A stretch of DNA of 64,000 nt from Phaeosaccion multiseriatum (GCA_965112735.1 OZ218957.1:3100001-3164000), one strand, 5' to 3'. Counted from the stretch's first letter, positions 41,890 to 56,150 are shown. The notes: a model not told the origin generated them from the sequence alone. Made by a program: numbers and translations.

Positions 41890-42027
41890 CGCAGATGGGG
41901 GGCTTCGAGCGTTCCGCTGACTTATGAAAAATTCGAAAACATGGTCGCACCTTTTCCTCCCTCCCCTCCCTCTTCCCTGAGCGTCGTAAAGGAGGAGCAG
42001 AGGGCAGGGTGGAGCTGAGGAGAAAGG

Positions 42028-42932
42028 ATGAGCAGTAGAAGCCGTGGGCGCAAGCGGCCAAGGTGACAAGTTGTCCTCATTGCTGATAGGAAAGGCCGGG
42101 GGGGGGGCAATAGTGATAGCTCCGCCCGTCTTGCTCAACTCTCTTGGTACACGCCTCGGGAGTGCTCATTTGATGTCCTCCGAACGGCTACTCTGGATCC
42201 ACATGTTGCTCTTGATCCTTTCTAATCACCCCCTATCCTCCTCAATTGCGCGTGTTCGCTTCCTCCCTCCCTCCCTCTCTTCTCTCCTCTTCCCTTCCCC
42301 TTGACACCTTACGCTTACCCAGGCCCATTCGGCTGGGTCTATCGGCCGTGCTTCTCTCCGGTCCTCTTCTTTGGAGCTTGCCTCCGTCTGCGAACTGCAG
42401 CGACCCCTCTTCTTCTGCTTCTTCTTCTTCTTCTTCACCGTCCTCTTCTTCTTCGTCGACTCGGCGGCCCTCGCAACCCCTCCGCGGCTTTGCCCCAGCC
42501 TTTGTCATCGATACATCCAATACCTCGACTAGAATAATCAATGAGGCGAGTGATATCACTCTTATAAGCAACAGCAGCGACAGTGGGAGCGGCAGCCTCA
42601 GGGAGACTCTTGGCGTTGATGGGAAGAGGATTGTGGAGGGTATCATCATCAACCAGCAGACTACAGCCGAGGAGACAACACGGGAGAAAGATGCAGCAGG
42701 GGTGGTTGGCGAACAGGTGGATGAAGATCTTGTGCATGCGGTACAGGCGGAGGGGAGCGCTACAAGGGAGGGTGGGCAGCCGAAGTCCGGCGGGGGGGAG
42801 GGTGGTGGTGAGGAGGAGGACGGGCAAGCGACTAGCAAAGGAGATGTAGTGAGTGGCGGTGCGGGAGCGGCTCCATCATCCTACGACTTAACGAGTGGCA
42901 GCACCAGCAGCAGCAGTAGTAGCAGTAGTAGT

Positions 42933-42972
<40 letters not shown>

Positions 42973-43850
42973 TGGCCATAGATGGCAGCAGCGACAGCAG
43001 CGCTCGCCTGGCCTCTGAACGGGCGTCTGAGTGGGCCCTGCAGCAAGCGGAGGACGAGGACGGCCCCATGCCTGTGTTCCAGGATAGCAGCGCCGCTCCT
43101 CCTGTACCACCAACCCCTCCTCTTGGGCAGCAGGGCGGGGCGGGCGTCTCCGCCGCTGAGGCAGAGGCAGCAGGGCTCACAGGTGAGTGGGTGGAGAGAC
43201 GCATACGTGCGTAGAGGCATATGCAGAGAGAGAGTGTATGTATGTTGGATAGGGGACGACGACGTTGGAAGGAAATGTGTGGCAGAGAGGAATGGGAAGA
43301 GGTGGACAAGATTTGGCAGAGAGGAAGAAGAGGGCTGAGCGAGTAGCATCCCAAAAGTAAGTGAGGCTGTTTCTAGCAAAAGGGAGGGGAAGGCAAGAAG
43401 CAGGCAAGGACTGACGGATGAATTCAGGGGGGGGGGGGGGCGTGACAAAGTGTCACCATAGAGCGAAGCGAAGCGCCATGCACGCTTAGGCAGGTGCCTC
43501 TCATTCCTCACTAATGCCCCCGCCCTTCCCTCACCCCCCCCCCCCCTTCAACCTTTCTGATCCATCCATCCATCACGCCTTCTGATCCACACCCTGCCAC
43601 GCCCTCTGATCCGTCCACCCGACCCTCCTCTCACCCATCCATTGCCATCCCTCCATCTGGCGCTCCTCTCATCCATCCATTGCCATCCATCCTTGTGGTC
43701 CCGCAGCCCCTGCCCGGACGGAGGCAGAGCCGCACCGCCTGTCCATGGGGGTTGTGGTGGAGGTGTTCGAGAACGAGGCCTGGGCCCTGTGGAGACCCGG
43801 GGGGGGAGTGGGTGGCAGTCGATGGGGCAGGGGCATATACAAGAAGCGGA

Positions 43851-43889
<39 letters not shown>

Positions 43890-44329
43890 GGGAGAAGGGG
43901 GCACAGAAGGAGAAGGGGAGGAAGGGATGGAGGCTGCTGGAGTGGTGGAGCCGTGGCGAAGGTCAGGGTCGGGGGGCGGAGGGTGAGGCTGTGTCCCACT
44001 GGAGCTACAAGGACGGCTCCGCTGCGCTGTCACCGCATGAAATCTCAGCGCCCGAGGGGTGGAAGTGGGCCACGCCTTGGCAGATAGACGTCTCGGGGCG
44101 CCGGAGTACGGGCGGTTGGCTGTACGGTCGTGATTGGGCGGACATTATCACTGCGGGAGAGGATGAGGATGGTGCGGCCGCCACCGCCGCCGCCGTCAGG
44201 AGCGGCAGCAGAAGCGGTCTTCGATTGAGTAGGTGTGTGGGTGCGGGAGAGAGAGAGAGAAGAGGAAAGGAGCGAGGGAGGGAGGGAGGGAGGGAGGGAG
44301 GACCCTGACCTTCACCATGACTGACCTTG

Positions 44330-44427
<98 letters not shown>

Positions 44428-44495
44428 CTTCACCCTCACCCTCTCACCCTCACCCTTACCCTCACCCTCACCCTTACCCTCACCCTCACACCCCT

Positions 44496-44545
<50 letters not shown>

Positions 44546-47500
44546 CCTGGCTGACATTGGCTGCACTGCACGAGAAGGTGTCGGAGAAGGCGGTGGGTGC
44601 GAGTGATGAAGCCCAAGCGAGTCATTTTGGAGGAAGAGGCCGGAGGCAAAGGTGCGTGACGCACGTGTGGCAGTTGTTAGTGTCAGGACAATGAGGAAGT
44701 GTCAGGACAGTGAGTGGGTGTCAGGACAAAGAGGGAGGGAGTGTCAGGGAGTGTCAGGACAGTGAGGAAGTGTCGGGCGTAGTTCGGCGTCTCTCTACAC
44801 ACACACAGTCACACGTCGCCCGTCCTCGCCTCTTAGGGCGCCCTTTATCTTTGGGTGAGCTCAACCCAAGTGCCTCTCCTCTCTTTCCCTCCGTCCCTCC
44901 CTCCTTCCCTCCCTCCCTCCGTCCATTCATCCATCCATCCATCCATCCCTCTCTCCCACCCTCGCTCACCCCCTTCCTCCCTTGTTCCTCTCCCTCCCTA
45001 CCTCCCTGCCTCCCTCCCTCAATCCCTCCCCTGACTGAAGGGCTGAATTTGGCCGACCTGAGCGCCGCCATGGGCATGGCTGGGGCCGATGCAACTGGCG
45101 ACGACTTGGATGCAGACAGCACGAAGCAATCGTCCGCTGCCATCGCCCTCCGAGCCCACGTTTACGAGCAGAGGAGACAAAGGACGCCAGCGGCCACGGA
45201 CGGGCGGGAGGGCGGGGAGGGGGAGGGAAAGGAGGAGGGGGAGGGGGAGGACGAGGACGAGGCTCGCATATTGGGCCTGGCGGGGGCCCAACTGAGGCTG
45301 GCACCGGGGAGGGTAAGTGGGGTGCCGTGAGTGGTGATCGATCCCTTTCTCTCCCCCCCCCCCCTCCCCTCGCTCTCCAGTCACAGTACCTTGGCAGGTG
45401 ATCGATCTCTCTCCAACCCCTCCTCTGACCTCTTCCCCCTTCCCGCCCTCACCCCACCTCCTCACCCCACCACCACCAACAACAGCGAACAAAGGGGCTC
45501 CAGAGCGAGGGGCTGCGTGGGCGCGTGCGTGTGCTTGTGCCTTCTCCCTCGTCGCTGCCGTTGCTGCTAAGACGCAACCCTCACACCTCCCTCATCACGG
45601 CCGTCAGGGCCTTCAAAGAGTGGTGGGCACAGGAGTTCACATTCAGGTGAGTTGCAGGGTCAGTTTCAGTTTCACTTTCCGTTTCGGTTTCGTTTTCGAC
45701 GTAAGTCTCCAAACGAATGCCCTCCTCCACTTACGCCTCCGCTCCCCTCCCCTCCCTTTCCCTCCTCTTCCTTCCCCTCTCCTCCCTTCCCCTCCCTTCC
45801 CCTCCCCTCCGCTTCGCTCCCCTCCCCTCCACTCCTCTCCCTTCCCCTCCCCTCCCTTCCCCTCCCCTCCCTTCCCCTCCCCTCTCTTCCCTTCCCCTCA
45901 CCTCCGCTCCGCTCCCCTCCCCTCCACTCCTCTCCACTCCTCTCCACTCTCCGCAGGGGGTTCGGGTTTGTGTTCGTCCTGCCCCTGGAGTGGGCGCTAT
46001 TCCACCAGCCTGACTTCGCCTTTGGGCTACGCCTGCCGCTCACCCAACACTTCAGGTGAGAGGGGTGGGTACTAAGTCAATGGGTGGGGAGGGCGGGGGT
46101 GATCAAAGGGCACGGACTCAGAGGGCTGAGCTACACTAGTATCCCTCACTCACTCACTCACTCACTCACTCTCTCCCTACCTCCCTCCCTCCCTCCCTCA
46201 CACACACACACTCTCTCTCCCTCTCTCCCTCCCTCACTCTCTCCCTCCCTCACTCACTCACTCACTCACTCACTCACTCACTCACTCACTCACTCTCTCT
46301 CTCCCTCCCTACTTCCCTCCCTCCCTCCCCCTCCCCCCATCCGCTGCCATCCCTCGCCATCCATTACCATCCCCACTTCAGCGCGTGGGGCCAGTACAAG
46401 TCTTTGCCTCTCATCCTCACCAACTTCATCGCCTCTCCGGCCTACGAGTCCGTCCAGGTACACAATGCATGCTCTAAGTCACTAAAAATGACCTGAACCT
46501 CAAACTGTAACCCCCCCTGTTTACTTTTACTACCGTTCTTCCGTATGCCTCTATGCTTCCCCCCCCCCACCCACCCCACCCCTATATGCCTCTAAGATGT
46601 CGTGCAGCTTCTCGTGGGCGGCGGAGGCCCTGTGGGAGCGTTTGGCGGCCCTCAGGGGCGTGCAGAACATGCGAAGGCATGCCAGAGAGGCGGCCTTGCA
46701 TGGGTCAAGGGCTGCCACCACCGCACACGCGAGAGCAGCACGAGGGGCAGCGAGGGCACGGGCGGCGGCATCAGCTGCAGCGTCGGTGGCGTCGCGGTCA
46801 TCGTCAGCGGCTTTAGCGACAACGAGGGAGGCAAGCAGCCGGGTAGCGAGGGGGGCAAGGGCCAGGGCGGATAGAGCGGGGTGGGTGGGCGGAAGGAGGG
46901 AAGAGACGGGGTCGGTGGAACGCTTGCTGCAGGGTGGAGAAGCGCAGCAGGGTCAGAGGGAGGAGGAGGAGATCGAGGAGGAGGAGGAGGAGGAGGAGGA
47001 GGAGGAGGAGGAGGAGGAGGAGGAGCAGCAGGATGGGAAGGGGGAGGGGGTTGTCGGTGGAGGGGAAGGGGAAGGGCCGGCCCAGAGCAGTAGCAGACGC
47101 AGCTGGTGGTACAGCAGAAGCAGCAGCAGCAGCAGCAGCAGCGGCAGCAGCAGGAGGAGGAGGAGGGGGTGGGCCAGGAGGGCTCCCGAGTCGAGGAGGA
47201 GGAGGGTGAGGGGTTACGAGTCGAGGAGGGCCGCCCCCGCCCGTCGGGACTCCGTTCAGAGGGTTGGCTGGACCATTGGAGTCCGCTACAGTTTCATCTA
47301 CGGCGTTCAGTGGTGGGTGGCGCCCTTCTTCTTTCTGCTCCCCGGCGTGCGAATCGCGAGGTGAGTGAGTGAGTGAGTGAGTGAGTGAGTGAGTGAGTGA
47401 GTGAGTGAGTAAGTGAGAGTGAGGGACTGGTTCTAGGCCTCTCCTGTCTATGTATGGCTGATAGCAAGGAGCAGAGAGAGCGTAGAGGGTCGAGTAGAGA

Positions 47501-47897
47501 GTTGGCCCCAAGGGAGCAAGAGATGAAGACCTGCCGCCTTTTTCTGTTGTTGTTTTGTCTCTGCCTCTGTCTCTGTCTCTCTGTGTCTGTCGTTGTCTCT
47601 CTCTCGTCTGTCTTTGCTTCTGTCTCTCTCTCCGTCTCGTGGGCATGAATGTAACCGAATTTGTGAGCCCATCTGCGCCCCTCTGTTGAATGCCTCCTCC
47701 CTAGAGAATGAGGGAGACAGAGATAGAGAAAGAGAGACAACCTGACTGATTCCTCCTCCATCCACTGCCATCCCCCCCCCCCCTCAGCATCCTAATGGTG
47801 AAGCTGCTCAGCGTGCTCGACCGACTCGCTCAAGTCGTCATGACTCTGCTGTTGGAGCAGCAGCGGCAACTGGAGGAGGAGGAGGAGGAGGAGGAGG

Positions 47898-47929
<32 letters not shown>

Positions 47930-48457
47930 CAACAAGGAGAGATCGGACCGGTGGCAGGTGATCCACCGGAGCTGCCCCTGTCGCGGCCGCTAGCGTCTGA
48001 GGGCTCCGTGAGCGGCAGCGACAGCGACAGCGACAACAGCGGCAGCAGCGGTAGCAGCACCCCTCTCTGGCACGAGCACACCAAGAGCAACAAGCGCTTG
48101 AAGAGGAAGATGAAGTTGAAGTTGACAGAGCAGCAACACGCTCTCCATAGCATGCTCTCGGTGAGAAAGGAAGGGCTGCCTGTCTGCTGTCATCCCTCTT
48201 GTCTTGTCGTCACCCTCATGCCGTGAGCGGGTGTGTCGTAGGGTGCTCTGACAGTCATATGGGCAGACTCGTGTGTGTCTGTCTGTTGCGTGAGATTGCT
48301 GCTCTCTCTCTGTTTGTGGTTTCTTCTTCACGATGTCAACAAACGCTCGCCGCCACTCAACTCCCTGCGGCCCTCATCTGCTGAGGGGTAGGGCTTCACC
48401 CATACACCACACGGCACGCACGCACGCACACACACGCACACACACGCGCGCACGCAC

Positions 48458-48507
<50 letters not shown>

Positions 48508-48962
48508 AAACACATACGCCGCAGTGCCCCTTACCCAACCCCGCCGCGGGCCTTCCGTCCCTCTCTCCCTCTCTTCTCTCTTTCTCTCTCTCTCGCTCCT
48601 CTTTTCTCTCTCTCGCTCCTCTTCTCCCTCCCTCTCGGCCTCCCTCCCTCCCTCCTCCCTCCTACCCTCACCCCCTCCCTCTCTGCCTGCCTCCTGCGTG
48701 GTCCCTCTCAGGTGCTCAACGTGTGGGCCGCCTCGAAGACGTCAGGCATCGGTTACTCCCTGGCATTGCGCGGAGCAAGTATGGGAGGCGCCATGGTGAT
48801 GAGCTTCCAACCCTTCTTTTTGCCATCGATGGACAGTCTGAGGCGCACACAACGCGGCAGGTGCGTAAGATAAGAGGATTGCTTGGGTGCTTGGTTCATG
48901 GGTTGATTGGTTGATGGATTGGTCGATTGGTTAGTTGACTGGTTCATTGATTGATTGATTTT

Positions 48963-48994
<32 letters not shown>

Positions 48995-49629
48995 GAAGAT
49001 GGGTTGGTTGGTTGACTGGTTGGTTGGTTAACATGGCTTTGCCTTCGCGTCAATGGTTTCGCTAGCCTGCTACGGCAAAGATTGTTTGTCTAACCTGCGT
49101 GCCACCTGAGAACAGGACGTGACTCTCTCTCTCTCTCACCCCGTCCATGCCCTCTTTCTCTGTCCACGTGCACACACACACACACACACACACACACACC
49201 GAACACACCCACATGCACACACACATACACACACGCACACACGCACGCACGCATTGAACCACCATCTCCAGACCCGCTCTGCTGAGTGGGGCTCCGGCAG
49301 AGGGAGAAGCTGCAGCAGCAGGGGCGGATGTGGCTGTAGTACCAACTGCTCCTCCTGCCCCTCTCTCTGAGGTGCTGCCGAGCGAGGAAGAGTTGATTGA
49401 ACGGCAGCGACGAGCGGAGGAGGCGCAGCAGCAACAGCAGTTGCGACAACAGCAGCAGGAGCAGCAGCTGCAACACCACCAACAGGAGCAGGAGCAGCAG
49501 CTGCAACACCACCAGCAGGAGCAGGAGCAGGGCTTGAGGAGAGACGAGATGGCACCCGACAGGGGCGGAGCGCAGCTCGTTGGGGGGGGGCAGCAGGAGC
49601 AGGGGATGGCACTGGATGGGGGTTGGTAG
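42028..49629 (+). CDS. Large multi-exon protein with N-terminal hydrophobic leader and a DysF (dysferlin/Pex24) domain
   Basis: VEVFENEAW...HWSYKDG...PEGWKWATPWQID...GGWLYGRDW...CRRRRWVR is the DysF pattern. Further in-frame GT-AG exons near 45.0, 45.6, 46.0, 46.4, 46.6-47.4, 47.8, 48.7 and 49.3 kb; some boundaries are uncertain. Confidence 0.7.
44303..44548. repeat. Intronic (CCCTCA)n hexamer array, telomere-like
   Basis: Tandem CCCTCA with CCCTTA/CCCTGA variants, just upstream of the acceptor at 44576-77. Confidence 0.95.
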
Positions 49630-50252
49630 CAACAGCAGAGGGGCTTCTCCGGATGAACGAAACCCCTTTCTCCTTCTTCTTCCCTCCCTTCCTCCCTCCG
49701 AGCTTTGGGACGCGGGAGGAAGGCTGCTGCGACATCAAGTCATCAGGGCTTACAGTGGACCTACCACGCAAAGAAGAGAGGCGTACATTTTGATGCGCTG
49801 GTCGGGTTGGTGATCAGCGTTGACATTTTATTAGTGTACGAGCACCTGCCGATTGGCTGCTGTAACGCCATCGCTGCGTACGTGCGAGAGGCGAAGGTGT
49901 TGCCAAGGCTGAACTGCCGCAGCGGCGAGAGCACGGCAGATGGCTGCAGATGGCTGCAGATGGCGGCAGATGGCGGACATTCGCCTGCACAATGCCCAAT
50001 GCCTAGTGCCCAATGCGTGCAAGGACTCTGCTGAGGAGGTGCGGCGCATGAACATCGTCATGAACATCGTCATGAACATCGTCATGAACATCGTGCCCAC
50101 TTGGGTTGCGCAGTTGGAAGAGCGCTGAGCACAGAGCGCCGACGACAGAGCCGTACACAGAGACGCATGAAAGGGGAATGCATGAACACACAGAAATGCC
50201 TCAAAGAGGAGTACATGTACACAGAGATGCATGAAAGGGGAATAGCAGTAAC

Positions 50253-50336
50253 GCAAGGTGTATTGATTGTTGATTGTCGGTGTGGATCGCCCCACATGGC
50301 CGCAAAGCCCCCCTGAGGGCTGAGGGCTGAGGGCTT
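50253..50336 (-). repeat. Dispersed ~90-bp repeat, copy 2 (inverted relative to 37175-37265)
   Basis: GCAAGGTGTATTGATTGTTGATTGTCGGTGTGGATCGCCCCACATGGCCGCAAAGCC followed by (CTGAGGG)3. Confidence 0.85.
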
Positions 50337-50932
50337 CAATTGGGTACGGTAGTGTAAAGCGAGTATCAAATAAAGCGCAACTGTATCGATCAGTCCCGGT
50401 AGCGGCAGGGATAACCATTGGCATGCAACCCCTGCTTCATCCCCTCAACAGCGGCAAGTGTCTACATCCCAGTCATCATCAAAACACAAGGGGTCAAAGG
50501 GGGGGACATGGGGGGGACGTGGGGACGTATGACCTCCTCCGATCGGAGCCTTTTCAGGACGGAGCGACTCTTGCATCTCTTGCCGCTTTACACTTCGTTC
50601 CCACAGACGTTTTCATCCCAATCGCACATGTCCCGTGTGCTTGCATGCAGCAGCACCACGGAGAACGTTTGTCGTAGTTTACGTAACAACAAAAAAGGAG
50701 GGAAAAAGAGTTTCACACAGGTTACTCATTACATGAGTAAAGTCTTACGTACACATCGATACACTACGGTGTAAGAGGTATGTACACATCGATACACTAC
50801 GGTGTAAGAGGTGCGGTGTTGATCTGCTCGTCCAAGCCACACCTCACTGAAGGTCGCAACACTCTCTTGGATAATTAGGGCGGGGGGTTCTCAAGACTGC
50901 GTCTCATCACTGCTAGCTGCCCCGACATGCCC

Positions 50933-51345
50933 TCACGCCCCCCCCCGTGCTCTTCTCAGCAGGCCGCCAAAGAGTTGCCTCACCCTGTCCCTCTTCCTCC
51001 TCCTCGGTAACATGGGTCTCCCTCCTCCCTCCTCGGCATGTCCTCCTTGTCCTTCTCCTCTCCTTGCCACCCCGAGTCCTCGGTCCTCCTCCTCGTGGTC
51101 CTGCTCCTCCTCCTTCTTATTCTCCTTCTTCCTCCTCCTTCTCCTCTTCTGTTTCCTCTTCTTCTTCTCCTTCTCCTTCTCGAGCGCTGCGTCCTTCGCG
51201 ACTGTCGCCGTGCCTTGTTGCTCTAGTGCTCTCCCTGGGCCCTTTATCTCCTCCTCCCTGTTCTTCTTATTCGTCGCCTTCATCTTGCTGTTACTGTTAT
51301 TGTTGCTGCTGCTGTGGTTGTTGCTGTGGCTCTTGTTGTTGCTCC

Positions 51346-51441
<96 letters not shown>

Positions 51442-53175
51442 CGCTGTTCTTCAAGTCGTGCTCTGCGTTCTTCGTGACAGCTGCTGCATCCTCCACTGCT
51501 GGCCGCGTGCCATTCTTCTCCTCCTCCTTCCGCTTCTCCTTCTTCTTCTTCTTCTTCTTCTTCTTCTTCTTCTTCTTCTTCTTCTTCTTCTTCTTCTTCT
51601 TCTTCTTCTTCTTCTTCTTCTTCTTCTTCTTCTTCTTCTTCTTCTTCTTCTTCTTCTTCTTCTTCTTCTTCTCCTCCTCCTTCTTCTTGTTCTTCTTCCT
51701 CTTCTCATACTCCTTCTTGTTCTTCCTCTTCTCCTCTTCCTTCTTCTGTTTGTTCTTCCTCTTCTCCTCCTTAATCTTGTTGTAGTTCTTCTTCTTCTTC
51801 CTCTCCTCCTCCTCCTCCTCCTCCTCCTCCTTGTTGTTCTTGTTCGTCTCCTTTATCTCCGCCTTCTTCTTCGTCTTCATGTCCTTCTTCTTCTCGAGTT
51901 CAGCGTCCTTCCCGACAACTGCTGAAGGGCCTTCCCCTGCCCCTTGTGCTGCTTCTTCCCCTGTCCTCGCCCCTCTCCCCTTCCCTTCCCTCGGCGGCCT
52001 TCCCCTTCCTCTTCCTCTTCCCCTTCCCCTTCCCCTCCAAAGCACAAGCCGCCCCTCGTTCCTCTCGTCCTCCTCCACACATAGCCCCTCGACATAGTAC
52101 CCCGACGCCTCTACATCCCTCCTCAGCCCCTCATCCCTCCTCAGATACGCCAGCACCGCAGGCTTGAGCAAGCCCACCCCATCTTTGGAGCCTTTGCCTC
52201 TCCCTGTGATGACTGTCAGTGGAGTGCCATCTACCGCCAACCTATCCACCAGCAGCACGTGCCGTAGGACAGCCTTGCTGCCGGGCACGGAAAAGCCGTG
52301 CAGATCCACGTGGCCCCGTTCGTCTCTCCCACCGGCATTTCTCCTCCTTCTCCTCCCCCTCCCCGCCTTCACACCTCCTCCTCCTCCCGGCTGCCATCCT
52401 CCCCTCCCCTCGCCCCCACCCACGCCCTCCTCCCTCCCGCCTCCAGCTGTTTGCTGCTGGGTGCCCCCCTCCCCATCCACTGCCATCCCCTGCTGGGTAC
52501 CCCCCTCCTTGCCCTCCTTTTTGCTCTTCCAGTGCGTCCAAAGCCCCCTCCTCAGACCCTCGGCGTACAGCGCTTCTGCTTGCTCTGGCGCATCGCTCAG
52601 CACCATGACATCCACTGCCACACGCATGCCAATCTCGTCCAAATGAATGTCCTCCCACCCACCCACTTCGACTGCGGGGGGGTGGCGAGCGTTCCCACCT
52701 TCCTCTTGCCTCTCCTCCTCCTCCTCCTCCTCCTCCTCCTCCTCCTCCTCCCTGCGGAATGGGCTCTGTCGCCCGTCCCCAGTCTGCGAATCACCAACAT
52801 GCGCATCACCACCACCACCACCCCCCCACCACCACCCACCACCACCATCGACGCCAGCCTTCGTCCTCGCACCAGCAGTTGGTGATAAAGCTGCCGCAGT
52901 AGTGGGGCCTCCTCCTCCTCCTCCTCCTCCTCCTCCTCCTCCTCCTCCTCCTCCTCCTCCTCCTCCTCGTCCACTGCCATCTCGCAGGCTATACAACAAG
53001 TCCCGTGCGCGGCCACACTCCCCGGCCTTGACGCAAGCACCGAGGACCGCACTGAGGCACACGACGTTGGGCATGACTCCGTGTGTGTGCATCTTGCTCA
53101 GAACCTCGAGGGCTAGGTCAACACGCCCGGCCTCTCTGCAAGCGTTAATGGCCTTGGTGAGGGGGGGTGGGGGAG

Positions 53176-53225
<50 letters not shown>

Positions 53226-54970
53226 GGGGGGGGGTTCGGGAGTGGGCGGGAGGTGAAAGGGGGGATTAGAGTGGGTGAATGCAAGGCTGTGTAAGGACTG
53301 GTGGGTGATTACATGGATATGAAACACTTTTGTGATTACGAAAGGTTTCGTCACTAGCGACATCAGTAAGCGAAAGCGACCGCGCGCGGATATATAGATG
53401 GGCAGATCGGTGGGTTCGGTGAGTGCGTAGGTGGGTGGACAGACTGAGGGATGCACAGATAAAAGACAGATGGACAGACACGAGCAGCGAACGAACCCCG
53501 CTCCTCCTCCTCCTCCTCTTCCCTTGCATTCATGTGACTCACCGCGGAATAGTGATACTCGGACGGCTCCACCCCACTCCCCTCTCCATGCATCTCCTCC
53601 ACAAAGGCCAGGGCCCGACGAAAGTCTCCCGCCTTGGCACAGGCGTCAATGACTGCGAGGTAGGAGAGCTCATTAGGGCGGACCAGAGGCTCCTTTCGCG
53701 CCATCATGTCATCCCACAGCTCCAGAGCTGTGCTGAGGGGCTCGCCGGAGCGGGAACAGGCCGAGATGAGCGAGGAATACACCACCACGTTTGGCGTTGT
53801 AACTGTCACTGTCACCGCCCGCCCCACACTACCGTCTGCCTTTGCACTGCCATCCTCCTCCTCCTCCTCCTCCTCCTCCTCCTCCTCCTCCTCCTCCTCC
53901 TCCTTCTGCTGCTGCTGTTGCTGCTGTATCACCAACTGCTTTTGCTGCTGCTGTTGCCTCCCTTTATCATCCCCCCCTCCGTCCATCTCCGCCAGCATAT
54001 GCATGGCCGCTTCTCTCGAGAAGGCGCCCCTCCTCCCCGCCACGTCGATGAGCGAGGCGTAGAGTATGGCGTCTGGCCAAAGACCGCGAGCTTTCATCCT
54101 GGCCAGCAGCCGCAGGGACTCCGCTTGCCGGCCCGCTCGCGCGCAAGCTATGATAGCGCCGGTGTAGCTGATGACGTCGGGTGCCATCGGGGCCATTGGT
54201 GTGCCGTCGTCTGGCCTGATCTTCTTCTCCTTCCCACCTTTCCTCTTTCGTGGTTGACTCTTCCCCTCCTTCGCCAGCCCCCCCGCCACCTCGCAATACT
54301 TGTCCTGCTCCATCTCTTTAAGGAGAGCGATGGCTTCTTTCCACTTTCCGCACTTGCCCGCTGCGTCAATGGCGGCATTGAACACAGGCACGTCGGGGAA
54401 CCCGCTGGCCTTTACCCGGCGCAGTACCCGGGAGACCCCTCTCCAGTCTCTTTCCCGGCCATACCGCCGGATTTCATTCATCGCTCGGATACGAAAGCTT
54501 CGAATAAGCTTCGGGGTGGTCAATAGAGACCCAGAAGAAGAAGGGGGTAATTGCTGACTTGGTTTGCCTTTGGTTCGGCGATTAGTCGCTTGCGCTTTCT
54601 GACCGGAGTCGCTGCCCCTGCGCTTCTCCTTCCCCTTTTTAACACGCTGGCGCTTCTTTGACTGCCTCCGCGGAGTAGTCTGGCGCTGAGAGTGTTTCGC
54701 GTCAACGCGATCGAAAGGCACAGCAGCAACAGCGGAAGCAGCAAGAGGCGGGTCCAAAGGCACAGCGGCAACAGTAGAAGCAGCATTCGTGGGCGCTCTT
54801 CGCTCTCCTTTGGCCCCCTTTCTTCGAGACTTCCGCTTCCCGCCTAAGGCTTTCCCGGAGCTTCTGAGAGCAGTTGTGGCACCTGGAATGCTTGTACGAA
54901 CATTCCTTGCCTGAAAAGGGGGGTGAGTACCACTTCGGATGTGCTGCTGCACCAGTAATAGGGCCCTCAT
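50933..54970 (-). CDS. PPR-SMR protein (~1215 aa); exons 53543-54970 and 50933-53152
   Basis: P-class PPR motifs (PDVPVFNAAIDAAGKCGKWKEA, PDVISYTGAIIACARAG, PNVVVYSSLISAC, PNELSYLAVIDACAKAG). Smr domain VDLHGFS...LTVITGRGKGS...NEGRL. Poly-K and poly-N tail. Confidence 0.88.
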
Positions 54971-55118
54971 GCTGAGGAAGAAAGCTTGAAAGCTTGAAAG
55001 CTTTTGTTAGAGGGCGTTGATTTTTGATTTTTGACTTTCTTCTTCACGTGTTGGTGCGCGTCTTTTTTACAGTTGGCGTACACTCAAATGGCCTTTCCCC
55101 CTCATTTCCCCCCTCCTT

Positions 55119-56096
55119 ATGCTCGTGCTTCTGCTCGCTCCTCTGTTACTTCTGCTGCTCCTTCTCCAATGGTATGAAGTTGAGGGATTCAGTGTCCCAG
55201 CCGCGCAGTCATGTAGAGGCCGGTGTTGCCTCGAGAGAAACCGTAGTAGCAGCAGCAGCCTCAGGAGGAGCCGCTGGAGCAGCGGTAGATATAGTATAGC
55301 AAGGGCTCGGCAACGTCGTACGCGACACGACGTAAGATGGCAGGGTGCAACAACAGCATCCGCAACTTCAGCTGCAACAGCGACAGTCAAAGCCACGGGC
55401 ACAGCAGTAGAGCCGGTGCTACCTTCATTGCACCAGCCCGTCTGCCTCCCTTCTCTGAGGCAGCCACTGAGCAAACTCAGCGAGCTGCTGGCCTTCTCAC
55501 AAGGGGGAAAGGCTCGCACCGAGGAGGAGGGGGCATCCACAGCCAAGGACGGCCCTTTCGAGGCGGCGTCGGTGACTAACAAGCTAATCATGCGAGTGGC
55601 GGCGGGGGAGGGCGACATGGCGAAGGTAGGTGTGTGTACGTGAGTGTATGTGTGTGCACGCGTGCACGTGCTTGTGTGTGTGTGTGTGCGTGTGTATGTG
55701 TTTGCGTCTGCGCGCATGCGTGCATGATCTCAAAACAGAGAGAGACAACTCTTGTAGGCTCACTCTGTTGACTTGGTACAAGTGTGTGAGTATCCTCATC
55801 CCCTCGCTCTCCTCCCCCCTCCCCTCCCCACTATTCTCCTCCCCTCTCCTCTCCCCTCTCCTCCCCTCTTCTCCCTCCCTCTTCCTTGACAGGAGGAGCT
55901 ACTCTCCCCAGAGCACTGTGCCCTGCTGTGGTGGGTCACCACCCAGGTGGAGGGCACCAAGACGCTGTACCCGCCCATTGCCCCGTCGCTCAAGTTCCTG
56001 CTCAAGAAGGCGGGACTCGCGGCCCCGGCCAAGGCACTCTTGCGGCATGTTGACTCGGAGACCCACAATAGTCTCGAGCAGCAGCAGTTGGTGATA

Positions 56097-56150
<54 letters not shown>

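Noticed and set aside
44303-44548. Interstitial telomere or chromosome-fusion scar
   Set aside because: The unit is CCCTCA rather than CCCTAA, it has a single orientation, and it lies inside an intron of an intact gene.
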